Positions 40,764 through 53,180 of a DNA stretch of 64,000 nucleotides are shown piece after piece. Source of the DNA: Eledone cirrhosa (taxonomy: Eukaryota); NCBI GenBank assembly GCA_964016885.1, contig OZ024740.1:31434001-31498000 (forward strand), given 5' to 3'. Within the stretch, counting starts at the first letter, position 1, and each line of letters begins with the position of its first letter. The notes beneath the pieces are model-generated. The model saw nothing but the letters and a program-made list of their open reading frames with translations. It ran no database searches and was not told the DNA's origin. The position numbers and the translations under genes are program-made.

Positions 40764-41648
40764 CATGGTGCGGACGATATTTGTTCGCAAGATTACTGTC
40801 TAGGAAAAAATAACACAGTAGTTTTATTTTTTAAGATTTATTTATCAAACTTGGGTCAGTTTGTCTTCATGACTTGTTCTTTCGATCTCACTTGATAAAC
40901 CCGCCATTGGCTTTGATGACGGCCTCAAGGCGGCCTCGGAATCGGCTACAGGCCTTCGTCACTGTCCCCCGACTTAGGCTCCTAAAGGCTCTTGTGATCC
41001 TGGCCTTCAGATCATCTTTCGTATTGCAGCTAGATCTGTTGGTGTCTCATTCCACTGCGCCCCACACAAAGAAGTCAAGGGGGTTGCAGTCAGGCGAGCT
41101 GGGAGGCCAGATGTCAGGTGAAGTGTGGTCGACGAATTTCTCTGACACCCAGGCTTGGGTCTTTCGGCTGGTATGGCAGGGCGCTGAGTCTTGCTGCCAC
41201 ACATACGGCCTACTTGCAGCTACCTGGTCGATCCAGGGCTTTACTTCCTCAGAACGTGGATGTAGCCATCGGTGTTCAGCTTGAGGCCCTCAGGGAAGAA
41301 GTGAGGTGGCATGACGTCACCTTGACTGCTGACGACACCTAAGACCAATGTTGTCACTGGAAACTTTGTCTGCATGACTCTGGGCATGTCTTTGGATGAG
41401 ACAGCGGCCACCTGTTGTTCTGGGAGTTGATCTTCTGGTCTTATTTGTCCTCTCGGTGCGGATTCCAAGAAGAACTCCGTGTCTCTTCCACAAATTTGGA
41501 GGTTCAAAATTATTCATAATCAATTATTCTAAAAATAAATAATGGAAATATAGTCACTGTTTTTATGAAGACAAGAGTGACAACAGAAGTAAAAAAAATG
41601 TGCATAAAATTAGCAGTTGAAAATTGCGAACAAATATCATCCGCACCC

Positions 41649-41650
<2 letters not shown>
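40764..41650 (-). mobile_element. maT transposon copy 2, internally deleted
   Basis: Both TIRs with TA flanks; about 0.4 kb shorter than the full-length copies, with the deletion junction at ~41440. Confidence 0.92.
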
Positions 41651-41743
<93 letters not shown>

Positions 41744-42185
41744 TGTCAGTTAATTGGCAGAGTAATTAGAATGGTGGATATAATGCCTTGCAGTATTCAT
41801 TTCGGCACTCTGAGTTCAAATCCCACCAATGTTAACTTTGCCTTTCATCCATTCGATGTCGATAAAAAAAGTAGCAGTCAAGTACTGGAGTTGATTCTTC
41901 CTCTATATCTCTTTCTCATTTACTTTCTCTCATTCTCCTCCTCTGGAGAGGATATGGGCTGTGCCAGGTTTTAAAATGCCCCAAGAAACACTGTATGTCA
42001 ATATGGCACCCCCATAACTCCACCAGGGGTTAGGGTTACACACCCTACTATATGCTTTAATACACACTCTGTAGATTATATAGATTGATATATTTTAAGC
42101 CCATCTATATATATAAGTGTATGTGTGTGTGTGCGTTTGAGAGAGAGAGAGATATGTTCAGAATAACCAAAGGTTTTATACTCGC

Positions 42186-42505
42186 ATGCACACAAGCACA
42201 CACACACGCACACTCACATACACACATACACACACAAACACACACATACACACACATGCACACAAGCACACACACGCACGCACGCACACAGACACACACA
42301 CATACAAACACACGCATACACACACACATGCACACAAGCACACACACACATGCACACACATGCACACACAGACGCACACACATACACACACGCACGCACA
42401 GACACACACATACACACACAGACACACACACACACACATACACACTCACATGCACACACACACAGACACACACACATACACAAATACACACACATACACA
42501 TGTTC
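42186..42505. repeat. (CA)n-type degenerate microsatellite
   Basis: Directly visible. Confidence 0.95.
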
Positions 42506-42631
42506 ACATTTAGCAGGTATATATATTTATTGGCTATTTTGGGTGTTATTTTGTCAATCCCAAATTACTTCAACTAGTTTAGTTAGTATGAAGAACTAAG
42601 CTTGACATAGTTGTATTATTTACTTCTATTC

Positions 42632-42831
42632 TACGAGGGTGGGCTGAAAAGTTCAGAGGCTGACTATGAAGGAGTGATGCTAGAGCTGTGAAATCTTGCA
42701 TGCAATAATTTAAACTCTTCTTATTAATAATTGTATTGTTCTTTCTGGGGACTGTTGAAAAAATAAACCTCATTTTGGTCATGCTATGAGAGTATCTTGG
42801 TCAGCCTATGAACTTTTTAGCTAACACTCAT
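42632..42831. mobile_element. mariner-type MITE (TACGAGGG termini); related copy at 55780-55936
   Basis: TIR tacgagggtgggctgaaaagttca / tgaactttttagctaacactcata. Confidence 0.7.
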
Positions 42832-43075
42832 ATAATATATTACATATGTTATGCTTTTATGTATTATATATTCTAACATTTTTAATGGCTTAAATAAGAG
42901 TATTGTACTCAGATATTAGGTCACCTGTGTTTGATTTAGATATTAGGTCATCTGTGTTTGATTTAGATATTAGGTCATCTGTGTTTGATTTAGATATTAG
43001 GTCATCTGTGTTTGATTTAGAATCATGTTATGCTTCTTTAAATACTTTGTGTTTAGGAAAGTCAGTGATTTAACC

Positions 43076-43106
<31 letters not shown>

Positions 43107-43721
43107 CTTCTTCTTCTTCTTCTTCTTCTTCTTCTAAATTGTTGGCCTTGTGTTAAAATTAGAAATCATTATTAAGAGGGCGGAGATTAGGAGTATCGGT
43201 AGAGGGTCGGACGCCATGCTTTGCAACATAGAGTTACGGCCCTTTATGATCTGAGTTCAAATCCCGCTGAGCTTTACTTTGCCTTTCATCCTTATGAGGT
43301 TGATAAAATAAAGCGCCAGACACACACTGGGGTCGATTTAATCGACTACCCCTCTCCCCGAAAATTGCTGGCTTTGTGCCTATATAAGGAACCATTATTA
43401 AGTTGGTGTTTAGAACACTTTTAAACAAATGGTTATTCAAGCAGACTGATATCAAAAGTGTTAAAGGTACATAAATCTGTGGAATACTCAGCTACTTGCA
43501 TGTTAATTTAACCCTTTAGCATTTACATTACTCTATATTTACTATGTATTTTCACAGTAAACACTTTCTCTCACATAATTATCTTACATACTATCAAATC
43601 TACAACATTTTGATGTCATTTATTTTGAGAACACTACCTAAACATAACTATGAGCAGCTGGTTACGGCTGGTTTGAACAGAAAGAGGTGAGAGAATTCTG
43701 GCCAGATATGGCCAATTTAAA

Positions 43722-45245
43722 GACACTGCATCCTTTTTAAAACCTCCATGCTTCCTGAGATTCGCCAACACTACACCTAATATTCCCCCTCCATACACAC
43801 ACACACATGTATATCATGACTTATACACTATTCACTTCCCTGACATTTGTACTATACAAGGTGCGGACGATATTTGTTCGCAAGATTACTGTCTAGGAAA
43901 AAATAACACAGTAGTTTTATTTTTTAAGATTTATTTATCAAACTTGAGTCAGTTTGTCTTCATGACTTGTTCTTTCGATCTCACTCAATACACCTGCCAT
44001 TGGCTTTGATGACGGCCCCAAGGCGGCCTCGGAACCGGCTACAAGCCTTCGTCACTGTCTCCCGACTTAGGCCCCTAAAGGCATTTGTGATCCTGGCTTT
44101 CAGATTGTCTTTCGTATTGCAGCTAGATCTGTTGGTGTCTCGTTCCACTGCACCCCACACAAAGAAGTTGAGGGGGTTGCAGTCAGGCGAGCTGGGAGGC
44201 CAGATGTCAGGTGAAGTGTGGTCGACGAAGTTCTCTGACACCCACGCTTGGGTCTTTCGGCTGGTATGGCAGGGTGCTGAGTCTTGCTGCCACACGTACG
44301 GCCTATCTGCAGCTACCTAGTCGATCCAGGGCTTTACTACCTCGCTCACAACGTGGATGTAGCCATCGGTGTTCAGCTTTAAGCCCTCAGGGAAGAAGTG
44401 AGGTGGCATGACGTCACCTTGACTGCTGACGACACCTAAGACCAATGTTGTCACTGGAAACTTTGTCTGCATGACTCTGGGCACGTCTTTGAATGAGACA
44501 GCGAGCCACCTGTTGTTCTGGGTGTTGATCTTCTGGTCTTGGCAGAAGTTTTTCTCATCGGAGAAAAACCACAGCATGTCAGGCTCCAGTGGGTGTTTCA
44601 ACTTGTTGATCAGCTTCTTTGCATGCTTCAGTCGCTTTTCTTGCATTGCCTTTGACAGAAATTGTCCTTTCCTCATCTTGTATGAAACGTAGCGAATGTC
44701 TTCATGTACCACCAGCCTAATGAGCTTTTCATCCACGCCTTTCTCCCTTGCAATGGCACGCATCAACTTGCTAGGTTCATTGTTGATGATATCCTGAACT
44801 TCAGCGACGAACTCGGGCGTTCTGAAGGCGTCAGATCGTCGATCATGTGTTTTCCTCTCTGATGTTGCTTCGTAGTCGAATCCTGAATCTTCCAATTCCT
44901 TTCTGACCTTTTCCACCATTCTCCTGCTGACGCTGAGAAAGTCTGAAATTTCCTTATTTGTCCTCCCATCGCGGATTCCAAGAAGAACTCCGTGTCTCTT
45001 CCACAAATTTGGAGGTTCAAAATTATTCATAATCAATTATTCTGAAAATAAATAATGGAAATATAGTCACTGTTTTTATGAAGACAAGAGTGACAACGGA
45101 AGTAAAAAAAATTTGCTTAAAATTAACAGTTGAAAACTGTGAACAAATATCGTCCGCACCCTGTACATGCACCTTTGATGAGTTGTAGTGCACCTGAGCA
45201 CTGTACACAATAATTTCATTATTATTATTATTATTATTATTATTA
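43722..45245 (+). mobile_element. 5'-truncated CR1 3' end, interrupted by maT copy 3
   Basis: 43722-43856 plus 45164-45245 match 9788-9999, including the (ATT)n tail. Confidence 0.9.
43857..45163 (-). mobile_element. maT (DD37D) transposon copy 3, full length; one premature stop at 44317
   Basis: TIRs and TA duplication. ORFs 44317-45036 and 43981-44295 are in frame. Confidence 0.95.
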
Positions 45246-45352
45246 AATGCTAAAGGGTTAACAAATAGGACCAATCCATGAAATATTTGCTATATAGTTC
45301 TAATATCTCATTGTTGGTCAACTCCTTATATGAATTTGTTCTTCATTTTCAG

Positions 45353-45429
45353 ATTAGTCTTCAGATTCTGGAAAGAATTCTTTGGCAGGATACACCTAAA
45401 GATGGAATTGATTTTCAATTATTACCCAG
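45353..45429 (+). CDS. LRRK2: LRRK2-like gene exon D (77 bp, phase 0-2)
   Basis: cttcattttcag / gttata. Encodes ISLQILERILWQDTPKDGIDFQLLP(R). Confidence 0.8.
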
Positions 45430-45588
45430 GTTATAATTCTTTTCATTTGCTTTCATAAATTTTCTTTTACAATTTAAACTTACATAACTTAATTATGGAA
45501 AATATTTCTGTAAACATGTCAATGTTTATTATATTTTACAGCCCTTACACTAGATCTCCATAGCTATAGTATTACATCACTGAATCTC

Positions 45589-45658
<70 letters not shown>

Positions 45659-47202
45659 ATATATATATACATGGAATTCTTAGAAGATGAAGGAATCCCA
45701 AATGTAGAAAATACCTGTAGCACAGTTGATTTCTATGAACAATAGGTTAGAAAACTGGATAAAGTAGCCCTATAAATGGAAAAAACTATATAGACCTGTA
45801 AACAAGTGTAGATTGAAGAACAATTACGCACATCTGTAATTTAATTTCGCCCTTACTAGAATCTCATCAGAGGATATCTACATCACCAAACAACGACAAG
45901 GAAATACATAATTGATGGCCTTTTAAAGCTTGTCAGATATAGGAGTAACAATGATATGGGTGTACTAATTTGCATATTATTAGTACTTATCGTCATCAAC
46001 ATCATTGAACTTCTCCACCTGCTTCAGTGGAACTCCACTTATATGCTAGTATATATTAACCCTTTAGTATTTACATTACTCTTTATTTACTATTGCATTT
46101 TCACGATAAAGGCTTTACCTCACATAATTATCTCATGTAATACCGACTCTATAAGATTTTGATGTTATTTATTTTGAGAACAATACCTTAATGTTAGTAT
46201 GAGTCGCTGGTTATGACCGGTTTGAACAAAAAGAGGGGAGAGAGTTCTGGCTGGATGCAGCCAGTTTAAATTCTGAAGGGTTAAAGTGGGCCTGCTGAAA
46301 TATATGATAAATACATCTCTGTACATATACAGTATGGAGTTAACTGAAACTTTAAGAATGTGTATATATACACATTGAATATATAGTCATGTAAAGATAT
46401 AAATTAACATATTTCCCTATAGATTGAAAAATGAGGAAGATTCTCTAACAAATTACCAATGCAAACCCCATTACAAGGTATAACACAAAGAAAAAGAAGA
46501 CATGCATTCATATTGTATATATATACATACAGACACAAACACATATATACAATGTATAGTAAGGATGAGGAGTTAAATATTACCTATATCTTTTTATAAC
46601 TACAAGTTGAAATCTTCCAAGGATCTTGTTTTTTACAAACAATAATAAGAGAAAACCTAAGTCGATGAGTTTGTTGCTTCTTATTTGTAGTGACATGCTT
46701 CTGACTTCCAGGATATAAATAAATATCTCTTTAACGCTCAATCCTGTATAAATATAATTTTTATTGTTGAAAAGAATATAGTAGGAGTCATTCTGTAATA
46801 AGTGTTTACACTTCCGTAGTCCGCTTCATCCCCTAGCCTCCTCGTGTACCGTGGTTTTTACCAGAGAGTGACAATGTATTCATATGCAATTTACCCTTGG
46901 TCTGTTTAACCTTAATGCATATGAAAATGTTGCTATTGCAAGGTACAACGTAGTTCCACTACAAATGTGTTGGTGTATGTCAAGCGACATGTTTTATACG
47001 TATAGTGGGACTCCGTGCAACTACAATGATTATACCCCCCCCCCCCCCCCTCCACACACTCACACATATATATACGTATAGGCAACAGAAAAATAGTAAG
47101 TTTTCTTCTAGAACAATTTAGTAGAAAACCACCCTCACATCCCTAAAATAGAATTATAATAACAGTAACAATTTTATTTAAATAAAATTCTTTTTCCTGC
47201 AG

Positions 47203-47291
47203 ACTGGTAATAAATACAATGAATGAACATTTGACTGATGAAATAATTCAAATTTATGGGTTGAAACTAATGAAATTATTCATAAAAACAT
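47203..47291 (+). CDS. LRRK2: LRRK2-like gene exon E (89 bp, phase 2-1)
   Basis: tttttcctgcag / gtgagt. Encodes LVINTMNEHLTDEIIQIYGLKLMKLFIKT. Confidence 0.85.
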
Positions 47292-48739
47292 GTGAGTGTG
47301 ATTTACCTCAATATACAGCTTCATATTTCATTTGTAACTATTTCAAATAGCTACTCTATAGCAGGGACAGTGGAACCCCCCCCCCCCATAATTATATTTT
47401 TCTCCCCAAACTACAAAAAAAAACCCCACAGATATTTGTATATGCACTAGCGTGGAAGATAGACGTTAAACGATGATGATGACTACAATTTATGTACATG
47501 TTATGTTTATCGCATACCAAAGTTTTTTTAATATCTTGGTTGATATTTGATAACAACAGCTAAACTAATCACTACAACTAAATTGACCAAATTTCCCCCC
47601 CCCCCTCTGTTCAGGATTGCTTCCACTGCCCCTGTATAGTAACTGAGGAATTATTATCATCATTGTTTAATGTCTGTTTTCCCTGCTAGCATATTGTCAC
47701 TGACCGGTCAGTACTCAAGTGTAGCTTCTGTTCTCCAGGTGAACCAGAGTCTCGACACACAATCTTGCACTCTACTGAGTGTCTTGAACTATAGCATCAA
47801 CATTAGAAAAGTTGTCATATCTTTGATATAGCTGAAGAGTCTTCCTGACCCTTTGTTTGGCAGGTTTTATACAGCTGGATACCTTTCCTAGAGATGTATA
47901 TTAAGGCATATACAATAAGTCTCACTAAGGGTGTTTTAAGCTTATTTATGTCTTAATGTTCTCACACAGCTACTTAGGTAGCTGTTACATAAGCACTGCT
48001 TAAAACATCCATAAGAAGACGTATATATGTTTATTATAGACAAACATATTGTATATACCTTCATATATACTTCTATTCTGCATCACACTATTCTAGTGCT
48101 ACTACTAATTTCTCTCTCATTTAATGTCCATTTCCCATGCTTGCATGCCTTAGATAAGTTGTCATTTTATGAAACTAGGCAGATCAGGTGACCATGTCGT
48201 ACTCATACAGATCTGTTTTGTGCTTGGGTTTCTATGGCTGGATGCCCTTCCTAATGCCAAGCACATTACTGTGTGTACTGGGAGCTTTTCTCCTGGTACC
48301 AGCACTAACACCTTATAGGTTAGACTGAGTGCTTTTTAATTGTGGTACCAGCATGAACCCCCTTATAGGGTGGACTAGGTATTTTTTGTTGTGGCACCAG
48401 CATGTTCACTTTAAAGAATGAACTGGGTGCTTTTTGTTGTAATACTGGATTTAAATGTGGGCAAAGTGGAATGGTTGGTGCAGTAGGTATTGCTCGCTGT
48501 TCTTTGCTGCACTGTTTTTTCCATCTTGTTCACTGAGCATGGCTGAGATAGACCACCAAACCAAGCGTGTAGAGTTCCCCCCCACTCTCATTTTCATAAC
48601 TTTTTTCTTTTCCTTTCTTTTTTTTTTGTCATTATGATATGATAACTGTATTTGAATTTGTTTCCTGAAAAAAAGTTTTAGTACTTAAAAAAAATTATAT
48701 AATTAGGATTTACAAAAATCACGAATATATCATTGTGTG

Positions 48740-49083
48740 TCATCATCATCATCATCATTTTACGTCTGCCTCTCCCTGCTTGCAATGGTGGGACGGGAAC
48801 TGATTCTGGCTTGATTTCTACAGCTGGATGCCCTTCCTAACACCAACCTCATTTACAGTGAGTGCTGGGTGCTTTTTTTGCCATGGCACCTACACGACCA
48901 CTTTACAGTGGATTGATAGGGACCCCAGTCCCTATCATCTCTTTTCTACAGCTGAGTAAACTGGAGCAATGTGAAATAAAGTGTCTTGCTCAAGGAAACA
49001 ACACATCACCCGGTCTGAGAACTGAACTCACAACCTTTTGATTGCAAGGTCAATGCTCTAACCACTAAGCCATGTGCCTCCAT
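48740..49083 (-). mobile_element. Full-length tRNA-headed SINE
   Basis: Inverted near-identical copy of 32874-33210. Confidence 0.85.
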
Positions 49084-50039
49084 GTGTATAGATATATTTC
49101 AACATTAAATTAAACAATTTTTGTTTTGAACTGAAAATTTCTGTTTCTCCCAAGCAACCAACTACTTTACCTAAATTCTTACCAATCTGTCCCATATCAT
49201 GTACTTTAAAAGAAAACTTCTGTATACTTCTGTATAAAATGTGTCCATGACATTATCTCTATATAAATCGTAATGTTTGAGGTCAGAGATTGAAAACTTT
49301 TATCAATTCCCCCTACTCCACCTCACAACTCATTGAATATTTTACTTGTTAATGTTTTAGCTGCTGTAGAACATTTGTCATTGAATGTTTTCATGGTATT
49401 TGTGTCTTTTCTTTAGATCATGTCTGTAAACAAAGATATTTCAGCCTAACTACAGTTTAATGACCCACTTCCCTATCCCAACCTTGTTTCCCCATAACTT
49501 TCTTAATAATGCATATTTTTAAATGAAACATTGCAGAGATACATTTTTAAATGTGCCGATTATGATTATGGTGATGAAATTAAAAGAAATATTATAACTT
49601 CTTTTTTTCAAAATTCATAATTGTATAGATGACATTAAAGCAATAGACGTTTTAAAGCCATTTTCCCTGTTGTAGCAAGGGTTAGTATTGTGATTCCCAC
49701 GACAACTTCCTATTTTGTCCTATCCTCAGCACCCTCCTTGCAAACCCCCATAGCTTTCATTTCCTCTTCCATTTTCTTTAGACTTGTCTTTCTTGGCCTT
49801 CCACTGCATCAACTTACTTCTACATTAATTTTCATCACTCCTTTTATTCAATAACTTCCATCCTTCTTCAACACATCACCTAGCAATCTCATTCCATTTA
49901 TCTTTCACAAGATTCATTGCTCTATTACCATCCTGCTCTGTATTTCCTTCATTATCTTCTGGTAAGGTTGGTTGATAGATAGATTTCTTTATTAGCCACA
50001 AGGGCGCAACAAGAAAGGGGACAATACAAAGACATGCCG

Positions 50040-50144
50040 GTTGATAGATAGAGAGATAGCCAGAAACTGAACGGAAGAATCGGAGATGGAGGAGGTGAAA
50101 GTAAGAGCGGATTGGACGAAGGAAAGAAAAGAGTTGATCTGTTC

Positions 50145-50214
<70 letters not shown>

Positions 50215-50371
50215 TGCTGATAGAATCATCAATATAAGGACTGTATGGGGTAGATCCAGTGTATTTGGAGAAGATTTGGGCCTCAACGTAGCTGACAAAC
50301 AAATTGGCATAGTTGGAGCCCATTCTGGTTCCCATGGCTACTGAGAGAACTCTCTGGAAAAGGAAAATCAA
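50040..50371 (-). mobile_element. Penelope-like RT fragment interrupted by (GA)n
   Basis: VAMGTRMGSNYANLF...YIDD is the Penelope RT signature. Confidence 0.75.
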
Positions 50372-50588
50372 TTCAGTGTGAGAATGAGCTCAGTGGATGG
50401 ATACAGGATTTAAGTCCTGTCAGTGAACCTGTTGCCCTTTGCTATCTTAATTTGGTATTTATAATGTCTTGTACCATATATATATCATAAGCTTAGAAAA
50501 TATACATTATCTATAAACATATGTTCAAAGCTTCCAACCCATGCAAGCATAAAAAGGCAATGGAAAATGGTGGCATTAATGATAATGA

Positions 50589-50622
<34 letters not shown>

Positions 50623-51180
50623 ACGAAGGAAGTGTGGTAAGGGACCAGATGGACCATAACGCACCAGAGTACTCAATGCTTAGGGTAGTAGAGTGGGTAA
50701 TAGGAAAATGTTTGACTCTGTTCAAAGCTTCCAACCCATGCAAGCATAAAAAGGCAATGGAAAATGGTGGCATTAATGATAATGATATATGTTTGACAAG
50801 CGCACCTCAGCGTGAAAGGTCGTTCTAAAAACGAAACAATACCTCCTACGTTAACCAAGAACTCCTAACCAACAACCAACAACTTAATTATAAAATAATT
50901 TTTTTTAAGAAAAAATTTTTTTTTCTAATCCGGAAAAAAATTCTTTTTGGATTTTGTGAAGAAAATAAATTTGTTGAAAGCACAAGTGAAGCCATTTTTT
51001 CTTTCCCCCTGTCTTAATATACCTAACTGTACCAAGGATTACACACATTTTCCAATATATATATATATATATATATATACATATTTATATATATAAGCAA
51101 AGAGATATTTAATTTGTTGGTTATTCAACAAATTTATTTATAACAGATTCGAAGCACTCTACAGATTTTCTGGAGTATAA

Positions 51181-51530
51181 TATCAATGATATTAATAAAT
51201 GGAAACTATATTTATAAAACCATATTTATTTTATTATATATATTTCAAGGGTACCAAAATTTTGGTACGCTCTCATCAGATAAAATACAAAATTTGTTTT
51301 ATAAATGGTGACATACCCAGGAAACAGACCTTATCGGTTCAGGTTCAGTTAGGATATCCTAACTGAACCTGAACCGATAAGGTCTGTTTCTTGGGTATGT
51401 CACCATTTATAAAACAAATTTTGTATTTTATCTGATGAGAGCGTACCAAAATTTTGGTACCCTTGAAATATATATAATAAAATAAATATGGTTTTATAAA
51501 TATAGTTTCCATTTATTAATATCATTGATA
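51181..51530. repeat. 350-bp zero-spacer palindrome next to (TA)n
   Basis: Centre aggat|atcct at 51355/51356; one mismatch seen. Confidence 0.95.
51424..51484 (+). ncRNA. Minimal type I hammerhead ribozyme (mirror copy on the - strand at 51227-51287)
   Basis: Stem I tattttat/ataaaata (8 bp), core CUGAUGA, long stem II, GAAA, short stem III with palindromic loop, and an AUA cleavage site after 51476. Confidence 0.7.
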
Positions 51531-51559
51531 TATATATATATATATATATGTAAAAGGTA

Positions 51560-52325
51560 AACAGAAATAACAATACAATTGGTACAGTATATGGAAGGAA
51601 TATATTAGTTTAATGCTTAAAATAGCAAAAAGAGGTTCTTAACGTTTTTGACGCTAGTCCTTCATCAGAAGAAAGAATGAGAAATTAGAAAGATTGAAGG
51701 GACGGGCAGTTCACTGTTCACCTGCCAACTGTCAGAGCTAGTGAAAATATATGATATTTTCTAAAATATACAGTGACTAAGCGAGAATGAGGGGCTCATT
51801 CTACTGACATAGCTTAAAAGAGGCTTGTTTGCATAATTGCAAATGAATCGAATATTATTATTAATATTCGAAAAACTCAGATTACATTTATTGTATTCAG
51901 CCATGTAGAGTGAAAATTATTTGTTAGGTATTTGAATATGGCAAAGCCAGCCATTAATCGCTCGTATACATGAAACTGACTGGCTTATCTGCTGATATGC
52001 AAATCTGGCTGATCCGTGGATCTGCTAATATGCAGATCTGACTGATCAGCCAGTCTGCTAATATGCAAATCAGGCCGATCAGTCAATGTATATTTTAGAA
52101 AATATATATTTTCACTAGCTCTGACAGTTAGCAGGTGAAGAGTGAACTGCACTGATGAAGGGTAATCACCCAGAAATATTAGTGTTTGCAGTTCTGTTTA
52201 CATACCAACACAAGAGCAGGAATGATGGGCTCATTCTACTGACAAGGCTTAAAAGAGGTTTGTTTGCAACTCAGATTACATTTATTGTATTCAGCCATGT
52301 AGAATGATAACTTTTTGTTAGTTAT
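51560..52325. mobile_element. Penelope-like pseudo-LTR composite with inverted and direct repeats and outward-facing hammerhead-like motifs
   Basis: 51706-51772 is inverted relative to 52087-52150; 51785-51930 is direct relative to 52219-52325. CTGATGA motifs at ~51668(-) and 52152(+). Confidence 0.55.
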
Positions 52326-53180
52326 CTGTATATATATAAAAGCGAGGATGGATGTGTGTCTGTGTACAACTTTGCATGCATAAGGCTTTCACAATTACCA
52401 ACTGAATTTGACCAAATTTTCTGTGCACGTTGCACAGGTCGCTAAGATTGTCACATCACAAACATTTTTCAAATCGACCCACGTTGAGCAATAAAAAATC
52501 GATATCAAAATTATCGGTAGAAAAATTGATGTAAGGGAGATAACAAACTTTATTGACAATCCTTATAAAAAAGGGAGATAACCTTTTCACCAAATATGCC
52601 CCGTAAAAGAAAGTATGCACATATTGGCTATCGGTCGAAGAAAACAATGCATGTAAATGACGCTCCGCCGATAACCGACAATAGACAATCACTAAATGCA
52701 GTGAGTACAGTTATTGCAATATCTTTGTCCGCCGTTCACCTTACTCATTACAAAACATACCAATGAATATGTCATGCAGGATATTTTGGATTATAAGTTA
52801 AAAATTTAACCATACACAGCAAAGGATGCTCTCAAAGAATAGATTTTTTCTTATTCTACTCTCATTGTTTTTTTGTTTGTATACAACTCTGCTTTCATTA
52901 CAACTTTTTGTACTTTAGCAAAACTGCCTGTTTTTTTTACAGATTTGCAACGTGTATTGTCTTTAATCATTTGTATAACTACATCCTGTTCAGTGTTTTG
53001 CTTCATTATCAGCATAGTTTTATGTGTACAAAGATTGCACTAAATATTCGTTTGCATTAATTATTGAAGACTTCTGCTTATTTTGACAGGTTGGGGACAA
53101 ATAATGTTCTTCTTTTACTTCCTAGCTGTATATTCTTAGCATAATTTCAAACCCCGAGCAACGCCGGATAAATCTACTTG
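52325..53180 (+). mobile_element. Non-autonomous Helitron-like element
   Basis: 5' TC start followed by atatataaaagcgag; 3' hairpin cccgagcaacgccgg; degenerate CTRG end between A and T. Confidence 0.5.

Larger units (their letters stand above)
43508..45261. mobile_element. piggyBac-like TTAA MITE split by nested insertions; uninterrupted copies at 46056-46284 and 56069-56295
   Basis: TTAA-CCCTTTAGCATTT ... AAATGCTAAAGGG-TTAA. Confidence 0.8.

Noticed and set aside
42085-42599. TH/CV-repeat ORFs (also 1154-1473, 38931-39309, 61787-62286)
   Set aside because: Microsatellite translations.
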